From Eledone cirrhosa (taxonomy: Eukaryota), in assembly GCA_964016885.1 (NCBI GenBank), contig OZ024747.1, positions 29,078,001 to 29,142,000 of the forward strand: a DNA stretch of 64,000 nucleotides. Reading direction: 5' to 3'. The position numbers and the translations under genes were made by a program. Of this stretch, positions 1 to 12,164 are shown piece after piece. The notes under the pieces are model-generated. The model was not told the DNA's origin. It was given only the letters and a program-made list of their open reading frames with translations, and searched no databases. Numbering within the stretch: the first letter of the stretch is position 1; every line of letters starts with the position of its first letter.

Positions 1-1641
1 GAGTGTCGTGTATATACACAAAATGTTGGGCATTCCTATATACGGGACATGACAAAACCAGGAAGTTTAGGGTGCCCCATATGTGTGTATATATATATAT
101 TACACTAATACAAGGGGAGCAAACAATAATATCACTGATGAAGCCACAGGTGTGTGACGAAAGAATGCTAAGAAACTATATTTATATCTATGGTTGGTCA
201 ATCAATGATAAACATTGATTGCCAGTTGAATTAATTATAGAAATATAAAACATACTGAAGCAAAAAACAATCCAAACCAAACAATGAGTGTGTTTTCCAA
301 TATATTTCTGGCAATATTATAACATGACCCTCCCCAAATATAACAGTATATATATATAACCACACACACACACGCACGTGTGTGTGTGCGCGCGTCCCAG
401 GTTCACTCATGGATAACCACAGTAAGTAAGTTACTCAATACATAGTAGAGTATATACAAGATGTCTGAAAGCCACGACAATGCTGGTTTGGACAGAATAA
501 TTAAATCGTAAGAAACAAGGCTTATTTACTTATTTTTTTTTTTACCTTAATTTACTCATATGTCCTGATATTTCGAGATTAACATCTCTTCTTCCGTGGA
601 AAATAAAGGAACTATTCCAGTGTCCGATGTGGTATGAGACATTGAAGTAACATTAATACAGAAGACAAATCATAAAATAGAGGACATAACCACAGTTTTC
701 AATACTTCCAATGAGACGTGTATGTTTATTATACATGAACATATTGCATATGCTTTTATATACGACTCTATGATGAACCATGATGTGATAGTGCTACTAC
801 TAACTAATACCAGCCAGTCAAATTTGCATTATACGCAAATAAGCAGTTCCATAAATGTATTATTTGAAAGAACCAATACAAACTATTAGCTAGTTTTGCC
901 TCAGAATCGAGTAAGCGTCACAACATTCTCACATGGCTACCGAGTTAGCTATGACATGATCATAGCTTAAAATACCCACAGTGAGACATGTAAGTTTATT
1001 ATACATGTTGGACCTCCAGTTTGTGAAATTATCGTGTAAGTGGCTGAGCATTCCACATACACTTGTGCCCATAACTCAATTCTAAGGGAGATTCAAGTCA
1101 GTTTTGCCAACAATAAATAAAGTGTCTCACTCAAGGACTTAACGCACAGCCAATAATCGAATTAATGACCTAAGAACACTTTAACCACTAAGCCACGAGA
1201 ATTCATATTATATATACATAGATATATTATTTAAGCTTTCATACATGCTTCTACTATGTTCCATATATAAAGGACTTTTGGGCAGCTATAAATAAAATGA
1301 TCTTATGGACATGCTTAGGCAATAAAGAGAGGAGTGGATGGAGGGGAGAGGGAAACTAAATAAAGAATGTCTTGGTCTTGGGTTTCCTGTAATATGGCCT
1401 ATTCCGGAATTAGCTAGCATCTCTTTTGATATGATATATGATATGTGTGTATCTTTTTTTTTTACTTATGTGTGTGTGTATATATATATATATATATGAC
1501 TTTAGGTCAATTTGACAATCGCCACCGCCGAAAATCGTAAAATTATAAAATTAAATTGTTATAGTTAACCAACTACAGGTGAAGTCTTTCTTTTCCTTTT
1601 TTCAAATATACTTTAATGTACTAAGGTTCTCGCACATTTTC

Positions 1642-1726
<85 letters not shown>

Positions 1727-1853
1727 TAGGTCAAGACAGATAAAAAGTAGACACAAACACTCATAAACACACACCCACTTAACATAAATATATGATTATA
1801 TATACAACATTCATCTGTCTATCTAATTATACATGTAAAGGAGTACTGTTTCA

Positions 1854-1884
<31 letters not shown>

Positions 1885-2026
1885 GTGTGTATGTATAAAA
1901 AGAGGCATGGAGGCGCACAGAACAAAGACCGGAAAAAACCGGAAAAATGGTCAGTCTCATCTCTTATATATATATACACAAAAAGTAGATATCTGTTCTC
2001 TATAAGAGGAAAATCTTCATTTAACT

Positions 2027-2123
2027 ATGTATCTTTGGCCAATACGGATCCTCTTCATCACCCATCTACTTTTGCAACTGACCACATCTACATTGGCTTT
2101 GCAGAGAAATCAAGATACCAACG
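2027..2123 (+). CDS. SRCR gene 1 exon 1 (signal peptide MYLWPIRILFITHLLLQLTTSTLALQRNQDTN)
   Basis: ATG at 2027, hydrophobic N-terminus, donor G|GTAAGG at 2123/2124; phase 1 joins the next exon in frame. Confidence 0.8.
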
Positions 2124-2746
2124 GTAAGGAGAAACTAATCATATACGTACATACATACATACATACATCATCATCATCATCATCACCATCACCATCATCA
2201 TCACCACCACCACCATCATGATCATCACCATCATCTTCATCACCATCATCATCACCATCATCACCATCACCATCATCATCACCACGGTTTAATGTCGATT
2301 TTTTTTCATGCGAGTAGTTATTCCTGTCTAGTCAGGTGACCATCCCTAACACAAACGTTCCGTTTGTGGCTCAGTTTTTACATCGGGGTGATCTTCCTAA
2401 CGCCAATCACTTTACTACAGTGTGTACCAGGAGCAATTTAACGTGACTCCAGCACTACCACCTTACATATATGTGTTTATAGGTACCTAACCACCTATCT
2501 ACACACACACACATGCATGCACACATACACAGACAGACACACACATGCACGCACGCACACACGCGTGCGCACACAGACACAAACACATACATATATAATT
2601 ACGTACATACCAACCTACCGACCTACCTACTTACCAATCTAACTAAGTACAGGCTTACATACATACATACATAAATGACATATATGCGTCTTCTATATAG
2701 TAACATGTACACTTTTTGGCACTACTTCGTTTCCCCTTTGGACTAG

Positions 2747-2882
2747 GCGTGATTCGTTTAATTGGAAGTCAAATGATGGGACGCGTAGAAATATTCCACA
2801 AGAACCACTGGACTACAATCTGTGATAAAGGCTGGGACAATGTTGATGCAACTGTCGTCTGCAAAATGGTTGGAGACTTTAA
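2747..2882 (+). CDS. SRCR gene 1 exon 2 (SRCR domain 1, N-half)
   Basis: Acceptor TAG and donor GTAAGT; translates to VIRLIGSQMMGRVEIFHKNHWTTICDKGWDNVDATVVCKMVGDF, a classic SRCR N-half. Confidence 0.93.
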
Positions 2883-2962
2883 GTAAGTAATCACCAACAA
2901 ACCTTTCTTTTTACCAATGTTGCCTTCTTATATATATATATATATATAAATATATATATATA

Positions 2963-3265
2963 TATTTATTAAAATAACAGATTAAAGTTTAAGCAAAGAA
3001 TCGCTGCTTTCACCCTTAACGGGATCTTCTGAAACTAACAAAGTCAATCTGTGAACGCAGAAGTGAATATTTAAAAAATGTTGCAACCGGAGGGAACGTT
3101 TCCACGAACCAAAGTATCGTCTTCCTGTCTTCCTCCGGTTGCAACGTTTTTTGAAATATTCACTTCTGTGTTCACAGATTGACTTTGTTAGTTTCAGAAG
3201 ATCCCGTTAAGGGTGAAAGCAGCGATTCTTTGCTTAAACTTTAATCTGTTATTTTAATAAATATT
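2963..3265. repeat. Fold-back element (arms of about 130 bp) in (TA)n carrying a hammerhead-like fold
   Basis: 2963-3093 is the reverse complement of about 3131-3265. Confidence 0.85.
3190..3240 (+). ncRNA. Type I hammerhead-like motif with variant core CAGAAGA (inverted copy at 2986-3036)
   Basis: AGTTT-CAGAAGA-tCCCgttaaGGGt-GAAA-GCA..TGC-TT-AAACT; stems I, II and III all pair. Confidence 0.55.
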
Positions 3266-3472
3266 TGCTCTACGGTTCTTATATATTTGATATATATTTA
3301 TCCTTATCGAGCCCTCTTTGGATTTTAGTCTTCAAATTTATTATTATTACTATTATTACTAATATATATATATATATATATATGGAATTATGATTGGTGC
3401 TCTGAAATAGCGATGTATACATGAATGTATATATAGTATATTTGGCAATATACCGTATGTTTAATTAAAAAC

Positions 3473-3528
<56 letters not shown>

Positions 3529-3623
3529 GATCGAGTATCGAAAAATCGGCGCACGAGTTCACGATAAACGAAATTCGATATGAGCGGCAGAGGGCTCAAT
3601 AATTCAGATGAATCAGAGCTATA

Positions 3624-3895
3624 ACTATCGTTAAAATACCGTCACATATAGAACAAGTCTACAATCAACCATACGATTTAAAATCGATAAAGGAAGATTC
3701 GGGCCAAACAGATAAAAAATATCAATAAAACAATACGTCAATAATTTAAATGAATGTAAAATCATTCATTTAAATTATTGACGTATTGTTTTATTGATAT
3801 TTTTTATCTGTTTGGCCCGAATCTTCCTTTATCGATTTTAAATCGTATGGTTGATTGTAGACTTGTTCTATATGTGACGGTATTTTAACGATAGT
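3624..3895. repeat. Perfect palindrome with 133-bp arms and a 6-nt spacer
   Basis: 3624-3756 is the reverse complement of 3763-3895; flanked by (TA)n and by an outer inverted pair (about 3380-3480 and 3912-4005). Confidence 0.9.
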
Positions 3896-4285
3896 ATATA
3901 TATATATATATATATAAATGTTTTTAATTAAACATATGGTATATTGCCAAATATACTATATATACATTCATGTATATTTCAGAGCACTAATCCTAATTCC
4001 ACATATATATATTTATATATATATATATATATATATGAAGGAATTTGAAGGAAGAAACAGGGCTTGTTTTTTTACCTTAATTTATTCATATACCATGCTG
4101 GCTGGCATGGTATAGCAAGCCACATCGGACACTGGAATAGCTCCTTTATTTTCCACGGAAGAAAAGTATTAATCTTGAAATATCAGGACATATGAATAGA
4201 TTAAGGCAAAAAAAACAAGCCTTGTTTCTTACGATTTAATCATTCTGTCCAAACCCGCCTTGTCGTGGCTTTCAAACTTCGAATT

Positions 4286-4358
<73 letters not shown>

Positions 4359-4571
4359 AAAGTTCTATTTAAATTGTTGGGATACAACAAGCAAATATTT
4401 TTATAACTGATATAAAGCACTCAACAAATAATTGGAGTAAAAATACGATATTAACGAATGGAAACTATATTTATAAAACCATATTTATTTCATTATACAT
4501 ATTTCAACAGTAATGGATTCATTCTTTAAGGGTATGTCAATATTTATTTATAAAACTGCTCTATATTATAT

Positions 4572-4630
4572 TTTATCTGATGAAAGCACACCATAATTTA
4601 ACTTGGTGTCCTTGAAATATGTATAATGAA
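4572..4630 (+). ncRNA. Minimal type I hammerhead ribozyme (Penelope pLTR type)
   Basis: TTTAT-CTGATGA-AAGcACACCA..TGGTGTcCTT-GAAA-TATGTA-TA-ATGAA; the same motif occurs at 30365-30423 on the minus strand. Confidence 0.7.
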
Positions 4631-5920
4631 ATAAATATGGTTTTATAAATATAATTTCCATTTGTTAATATCGTATTTTATATATATATATATATATATA
4701 TATTTTTTTTATAAATTTCCGGTTGGTTGGCTCAATAACTGGATGGTTGTTTATATATTGTCAAACCTCTTTCGTCACACATTCTGTGACCCTTTCAGTG
4801 ACTGATTTCTTATTTTGTGTCTCCCCTTTGTTCCAGTCAAGTACTGGGGTCGATTCTTCCTCTATATCTCTTTCTTATTTCCAATCTCTCACTTTCTGTC
4901 TTTCTGTGGAAGAAATCTGCTGCACTCAGTCCTGGAGAGGGATGGGCTCCGCCAGGTTTAAAATGCCCAAGAAACACCATAATTCCCTACGGCGCCCCTA
5001 CGACTCTATCAGGAGTTAAGGGACCATACCATACCATATACCCATTCACTCTTTGTAGCATTCTGAAATGGAAGTACTAATTTGTATATAATTAGCGCTC
5101 GTGTTGGTAGTTAATTAAGATATATTAAGAAGTGCGTCAAGCAGCCGAAGTGTAGGATAAAGTTATATCTGTATATATACAGAGTGAGTAACCTCACATA
5201 TAAACATGTAAATTAGTATGCCCATTTCAGAATACTACTAAGAGCGAACGTGTATATAAGTCCATCAAATATGTGTTTCCTTGTGGTTGTTTAGATTATA
5301 TACTCGCCTTCTGATGAGGACCAAACTATGTCCAAAAATCATGCTTATCATTTATTCAATTAACATGGAAATTCGTGTTTTCTGGTATGTTTACATGTGT
5401 ACATATTAAAAATCACAGGAGTAAGCCCCAGCTGCTACTGGTACATAATTTCTCCGAGTTGACTGGAACAGCACCTCCCGTTCCACGAATTGAGCTCATG
5501 ACATTACGAACGTATGCCCCAAATCACAACCACTAGGCTACCCTCTTTCTGAAAGGGGAAAAAAAATGAAAGGAGCTGGTCACCAGACTGGTTTCCAAGA
5601 AAAATATGTTTCCATTGGTCTTTCCATTGCTGATTCTATCTGCTGGTCATAACTCATGGAAGGAGGAGGCGGGATTTGAATTTCGAATGCACAGAGCCAA
5701 ATCAAACACCTCAAAGCATCTTGTCCAATTCTTTAAATATTCAGCTAATGTACCACACCTAGAATGGTATTTTATTTATCACCTCCAAAAGGATGAAAGG
5801 CAAAGTTGACTGTAGTAGGATTTTTATTTAGCATACAGCGAGCCGGAACAAATTCATTTGCTTCCTTCACTAAAAAACCAGCCTATTAGTTGACTCTTAG
5901 TTATATTGTTACATCAAGGT

Positions 5921-6235
5921 GATGGGTTGGCAGTATCTATAGAGCGTCGGACAACATGCTTTGCAGCAGATAGTTACGGCCCTTTACGATCTGAGGTCAA
6001 ATCCCCCCGAGGTTAACTTTGCTTAATTTAATCGACTTCTCCCCCTTCAAATTGCTGGCCTTGTGCCAAATATAGAAACCATTGTTACAACAAGGCGGCG
6101 TATTGACATAGTTGTTAGGGTGTTGGATTAAAAATGCCTCGGTATTTGTTCCGACTCATTGTGATCTAAGATCAAATCCTACTGAGGTTTACCCTGCCTT
6201 TAGTCCTTTCGAGGTTGATAAATACGGTACTGGGG
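5921..6235 (+). mobile_element. Two tandem tRNA-derived SINEs (octopus OK-like family)
   Basis: A-box TTGGCAG..., B-box GGTCAAATCC, core GAGGTTAACTTTGC. Confidence 0.7.
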
Positions 6236-6436
6236 TCTAATCTTCCTTTATACCTCTTTCTCACTCCTCTCGTTTTCTCTGGATGAGATCAGCTGTGTTC
6301 CGATCTGGAGAGGGATAGGCTTCTTCAGCTTATGCGCCCCTACGACTCAATTAAGAGTTAAGGGCTCTTTACATTACTTTTTGTATTGTTACAATAGAGT
6401 TTGTTTAATTCTCTCTGTGTTCGTGGTTTATTCAAG

Positions 6437-6609
6437 CAAAGGAATTGCCTTCCCTAATGCTTATTTCGGAGAAGGAGAGGGAAATATCACAATGGATAAC
6501 GTAAGGTGCCAAGGAGAGGAAGAAACCATTTTTCAATGTCTATATGATGAGGAAAATTCCTGCCCACACAGAGACGACGCTTCAGTATTCTGCTCTAAAA
6601 TACCTCAAG
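6437..6609 (+). CDS. SRCR gene 1 exon 3 (SRCR domain 1, C-half)
   Basis: AAG acceptor and GTAAAT donor; KGIAFPNAYFGEGEGNITMDNVRCQGEEETIFQCLYDEENSCPHRDDASVFCSK; phase 2 matches exon 2. Confidence 0.93.
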
Positions 6610-6804
6610 GTAAATATGGAATTTTTTTTCTTCCATGAAATAGTTTCCACAACAAAGATAGTGTTGTTATTGTTGTTGTTAGTATTTGTGTTGATGTTGG
6701 TGATGGTATTGGTGTTGATGTTGATATTGGTGTTGTCCTTACTTCTTTTTATCATCTTCCCCCACTACGACACCACCTGACACCCTTCCTCCACCACTGG
6801 CACT

Positions 6805-7997
6805 CAGAAGCTCCCGCGTCTTGTGACGCATGAGGCAATCATAGTGTTCCACCGCGTTCGGTCAGCAGCCAGTTGCACAGCATCCCGCCATTGTCTGTTT
6901 GTCGCTCACAGGTCCCTCTCAACTGTCTGGCGCCAGTTCATTTTGGGTCGCCCTCTCCGTCTGCTTCTCTGTGGGTTCCATTTAAGTACTTTATTCGCCA
7001 GTCTCTCCGGGGGAAGTCTTGAAGCATGCCCAAACCAGCCCAGGCGTCGCTTGCAGATGGCAGAAGAGACCAGCTGCTGGTTGGTGCGGTTCCTGACTTC
7101 CTGGTTTGTTACATGGTCACTCCATTTAATCCCCAGGATCTTTCGCAGACACCTGGAATCGAATGCGTCCAACTTCTTCTCTTGGCTGGTCTTAAGGTGC
7201 CATGTTTCACTTCCGTACAAGAGTGTGGACAGCACGTTGCTGTTGTAGAATCTCATCTTTGTTTTGAGGGTGAACTTCCTGCTCTTCCAGATCTTGACAA
7301 GCTGGTTAAATGCTGCTGAAGCCTTTCCCATTCTAAATTGCAATTCACTGTCCATGGCGCCCCATTGTCAATGGAGCTTCCTAGGTAGGTGAAGTTGTCC
7401 ACTATCTCCACCTCCCCCTGGATGGTTGGTACATAGTTCTTATGTTCCAATATCCAATACGTGTGGTTGTTTTTGCAGACAGAATTCTGGTCCTCAGGAT
7501 GTCGGCTTCCTCATTGAGACTTTCGCCGACACCCGTCATACAATCTCCGGTTAGAGACAACCGTTCTCCTGACTGCTTGGAATTTAAATCTGATTCACTA
7601 TGAATTGTTTTCGTAGCAGGAGAGTTTTTCCGGGAACAGGTCGCTAACCTGAAGCCCAACCACTGACATTTAGTAAAGAGACAGTAAGTGGAGTAGTCTC
7701 TGGTAGAACTGCAAACCGATGGGTTGCAGGTGTTATATCAGAGTTTTCCTTCTCCTAGAATTCTGCCTTGACAAAGGCTAAGGGGTCATCTCTCCCGGTG
7801 ATTTTGGATCGCCATTGACTCTTAAGAGCTCCTTTGCCCTTTGACAGGTTTTGTTTTTAGTCCTGCAGGATGTCCAAAGTCACCCTCCTCAGCAAGAAAC
7901 CTTGGTGGGGTTGCCAGTTTAGTCGCCAATGACCCGACCATGATACAGGTTGTACTGGGATACATGTTACCAGTAGCACCAACTGGTGACCTGACTC
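6805..7997 (-). mobile_element. Internally deleted RTE-clade LINE with 11-bp TSD
   Basis: APE N-terminus (RIGYWNIRTMYQ) is fused directly to the RT C-terminus (FTYLGS...LLYGSETW...RRLGWFGH); CCACTGGCACT flanks it at 6794-6804 and 7998-8008. Confidence 0.88.
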
Positions 7998-8040
7998 CCA
8001 CTGGCACTAATTACTATGAAATCCTTCCCTCTTTTCGCAG

Positions 8041-8091
8041 TGAAGCAAGACCCAGAAGGTAGCAGTTTAGCGCGAATTGAAGAAGGAGCAG
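8041..8091 (+). CDS. SRCR gene 1 exon 4 (51-nt linker exon VKQDPEGSSLARIEEGA)
   Basis: Polypyrimidine tract CTTCCCTCTTTTCGCAG, donor G|GTAAGT, symmetric phase 1-1, no stop. Confidence 0.7.
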
Positions 8092-8107
8092 GTAAGTAAC
8101 AGCTATT

Positions 8108-8297
8108 TATGGATTAGCAGTATCGGTAGAGTGTCGGACAACATGCTTTATGGCATAAAGTTACGCCCTTTTACGATCTCAGTTGAAATCCTGCCGAGGT
8201 TAGCTTTGCCTTTCATCCAGTAACGTTACGGGGTCGATTTAATCGATTTCCTCCTCCCCCCAAATTGTTGGCCTTGTGTCTAAATCAGAAACCAATG
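8108..8297 (+). mobile_element. OK-like SINE
   Basis: Family consensus match. Confidence 0.8.
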
Positions 8298-8923
8298 TTT
8301 GCATGAATATGTAAAAACGTTTTCATAACATTCGAAGCGTAATGGCTAGGTTTTGATACAGTAAATACTCCATTGTGTCACTGCATAGACAAGTGGTTAG
8401 AGTGTTGGGTTCACGGTATCATAACTGGCTTTAAAAGTTATGATAAACTGGGACTGCGTGATTCTGAGGTTTTCTTAATTGTGTCACCTTTCCAATGAGG
8501 CTTAAATTTGTGCTGTATCAGTATAGAATTTATGTAGTATAGGTGTAAAATTTCTGTTGTTTTAATGTGGAATTTGTGTTGTATGAATGTGGAATATATG
8601 AGGTATCAGAGTATAATCATTTATCTGCGCAAAATGTATAGAGTGTTGATTTGAAATCTACGTTGTATCAATATGAAATATGTGTTTTATAGTGTTAAAC
8701 GAGTACAGTCAAATATCTGCTATATTATTATGAATTCAATATTGATCCAATGTCAGATTTATTCTGTATCGTATAAATGTGAAGTATCCGTGTGAAATCT
8801 TTGTTAGTATCAACGTGAAATTTATGTTGTTTCAATGAAATCTGTGTCTTAGCGAAGATTGCACACCATGATCGCACACCATCATTGCATACCATGATCT
8901 TTTATGGTCGAAAAATTCTTCTG

Positions 8924-8976
<53 letters not shown>

Positions 8977-8994
8977 ATTATTTATCCATTTCAG

Positions 8995-9027
8995 TTCCAT
9001 CATCAACAACTTTGTCAGCATCAAAAG
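8995..9027 (+). CDS. SRCR gene 1 exon 5 (33-nt Ser/Thr-rich micro-exon VPSSTTLSASK)
   Basis: TTTCAG acceptor, G|GTAAAG donor, phase 1-1. Confidence 0.7.
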
Positions 9028-9374
9028 GTAAAGTTTAAAACATTTCCTCTTTTGTTCTTTTTGAAAGGTGGATCCTTTCCTTGCATTTTGTGTGTTTTAT
9101 ACATGTGATACTGAATACATGAAAATGTTTCGTGTCATTCTCACTTGTGATGTGGTCACGTCAAAAACATCCTAAGTATGGTCCTAAGGCAAGATCTAAG
9201 GAAGACACTTGCAGTTCTGCGGATTCTACAGCCAATGTTCTACGTTTTGCAAGCATATGTCCCCTAGGGTAGGATGTGGTCTGGAAATTATTACTTACTC
9301 ACTATAATTAAAGGTGTGTAATATATTTTGACTGGTTTTTCACATACATGCACACACGCTTATCTATCTATCTA

Positions 9375-9745
9375 TACCAATTTGGAAGAAGAATCAAGAT
9401 GGAGAGAGAAGTGCTGCACCCGAGCAAGTTTTATGAAAGGTGGGTGAAAGTGGCGAGAATGGCTCGAGTGAATGGGCCTTCTCTCTATATCAGCCTGTAG
9501 GTTGAGGAAAAGGAGGAGGAGAAGAAAGGAGTACAAACTCTTCGTACTCTTGGAGTTGAGGGTTGCACATTTTTTTCGGGGGTATGTGTTACCCATATGA
9601 ACTGTCTCCCCCTATTGGGGAAAATCGACTAACTTTTTAAATTGCATTTGTGATAACATTTTACACGTTTTTATTGTATGTAAACTTCCCCCTTTGTATT
9701 TGTCCCCTTCTTTTGTGCCCCTGTGGCTAATAAAGAAACATATCT
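9375..9745 (+). mobile_element. Probable 3' end of an L1/Tx1-like LINE inserted in (TCTA)n
   Basis: Flanked by TATC repeats; T-rich 3' UTR ending GGCTAATAAAGAAAC. Confidence 0.45.
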
Positions 9746-10182
9746 ATCTATCTATCTATCAGGGCCACTATCATTAAAAAACCAAGAGACTTTCTATGAA
9801 ATATAACCTAATGGGAGGAGATATTATAGATTTAGTAGACTTTAACAATGCATTGGATATAAAAAAGTTTTACTCCTCAAAAAAAAAAAAAGAAAAGAAT
9901 AAAATGGTACTTAGACTTTAAAGTTTGTCGTAAGTTTTATATTTATCGGAATGTTTCAAGTTTACTTCAGAAAAGCAAATCTTCAAATTGAGCCAAACAA
10001 GAGTAAATAAACACAGAAATACACCCCCCCCCCACACACACACACATGCGCACGCACTCTCACTCAAATATAGGGAGAAAGAATGTTAAATTATGATTAT
10101 GTTTATATATGTATACACACACACACACGCACACATACACTAATAAATTGTTTCAATGAAATCTGTTTTAACGAACATTGCA

Positions 10183-10235
<53 letters not shown>

Positions 10236-10258
10236 ATCATAGTTATTTATCATTTCAG

Positions 10259-10291
10259 TTCCATCATCAACAACTTTGTCAGCGTCAAACG
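10259..10291 (+). CDS. SRCR gene 1 exon 6 (duplicate micro-exon VPSSTTLSASN)
   Basis: Near-identical copy of 8995-9027 with both splice sites intact. Confidence 0.65.
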
Positions 10292-11387
10292 GTAAAGTTT
10301 AAAACATTTCTACTTGTTTTTTTATTTGAAAGGTGGCTCCTTTCCTTGTACTTTGTGTGTTTTATACATATGATACTAAATACATGAAAATGATTCGTGT
10401 CATTCTAACTTGTAATGTGGTCACGTCAAAAAAATCCTAAGTTGGTCCTAAGACAAGATCTAAGGAAGACACTTGCAGTTCTGCGGATTCTACAGTCAAT
10501 GTTCTACGTCTTGCAAGCATGTCACCTAGGGTAGGATGTGGTCTCGAAATTATTACTTACACACTATAATTAAAGATGTGTAATATATTTTGACCGGTTT
10601 TTCACATACACACATACACACATACATATATGGACACACACACACGCTCACACACAGTTTTTAAAGCGACTTTTTGGTTGATTTTTGCTGAAGGATATTT
10701 AGCCATGACAAGTTACTCGTATACGTTCTGATAATGGAGAATTTGTGCTTTTTCCAAAAATGTCTATGGAACTGGGTGGTTTCTGAATTTATTATTAGTG
10801 CCATGGTCTCGAACCTCTAAGTTACGGTACATAAACGTAGATACAGAAATGAACTCAAACAAAGACATGAGTGGACACATATTTACGACAAGTTTCTGCA
10901 GTTTGCGTCAAGAAAATTCACTCATAAGGAATTAGTTAACTCGAGGTTAGAGTAGAATATATAGAATATATAGAATATATATGCACACATACATATACAC
11001 ACGTACACACACACACACACACACACACAGTTATATATATATATATATATATACATTCATACGAATATATATATATACATACATACACACATGTGCATAT
11101 ACACTTACTGATAACATAAAAGTAAATAACTCCATATATATCATTTATGTACAATCATATATTATATGTTATTGTATGTTGCTGTATATTGTTATATGAT
11201 CTTCAATGCTAGAAGGACCATATCTTTTTCGAATACCATATCTATGAAATCCGTTAATCTGTTATTCTGCATTCGTTTTGTATAACTGAGAAATGTCAAT
11301 TTAGATGTCACTTCCCTGTGGAGCATATGTAATTTCCAGTAATGGATTACAAATACACCTTCTTGTCTATATTATTATGTAAAGGAC

Positions 11388-12035
11388 GGTGGATTGGCAG
11401 TATCGATAGAGGGTTGGATGCCATGCTTTGCAGCAAAGAGTTACGGTCCTTTATGGTCTGAATTCAATTCCCGCCGAGGTTAACTTTGCCTTTCATCCTT
11501 ACGGGGTCGATAAAATAAAGTACCAGTAATGCACTGGGATAATTGCTGGCCTTGTGCCAAAAGTTAAAACAGTTATTGTGAAAAGGTGTTTCTCGTTATT
11601 GTCTATTACAATATGTAAAGGTATGTGGTTTACTGTTTAGGGGTTTAGGGGCACGATCGTAAACTCGTAATTTCGATTCCCATGGTGAGATGAGTCCTTG
11701 AGTAAGGCACTTTATTTCACGTTGTTCCACTCTCCTCAGTTGAAAAAAATGAGTAGTACCTGTAATTCAAAGCGCCAACCTTATCATACACATACTATCC
11801 GCTGAATCTTCCTGAGAACTACGTTAAGAGTACAAGTGTTTGTTGAATGTTAAATAAATGTTTCTACTTGTGGCACAAGGCCAGCAATTATCCCAGTGCA
11901 TTACTGTGCATTATCGACCCCGTAAGGATGAAAAGCAAAGTTAACCTCAGCGGAATTTGAACTCAGAGTGTAAAGAGTCATAACTCTATGCTGTAAAACA
12001 TGGTGTCTGATGCTCTACTGATACTGTCAATCCTA
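11388..12035. mobile_element. SINE cluster: OK-like (+, 11388-11578), second SINE family (11622-11850), OK-like (-, 11855-12035)
   Basis: Consensus matches; the two OK-like copies form an inverted pair. Confidence 0.8.
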
Positions 12036-12120
12036 TATATATATATATATATATATATAATGGAAAAATTTGAACAGGAACAAAACAGAGAGGCAGTACA
12101 ACGAATGTTTATTAATTTCA

Positions 12121-12163
<43 letters not shown>

Positions 12164-12164
12164 T

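Larger units (their letters stand above)
8830..10620 (+). repeat. Tandem segmental duplication containing the micro-exon (about 8830-9355 vs 10150-10620)
   Basis: (CTA)n, exon and about 320 nt of downstream intron are highly similar in both copies. Confidence 0.85.

Noticed and set aside
129-180. CTGATGA...GAAA hammerhead-like core
   Set aside because: Stem I cannot be formed and stem II is poor; at most a decayed copy
1925-2010. Promoter motifs (CCGGAAAAA twice, TATAAGA); similar GGAAATTC and CATAAAA upstream of gene 2
   Set aside because: Short motifs in AT-rich DNA; not supportable without TSS data
5305-5350. CTGATGA-GGAC..GTCC hammerhead-like core
   Set aside because: GAAA is replaced by AAAA and stems I and III are not convincing
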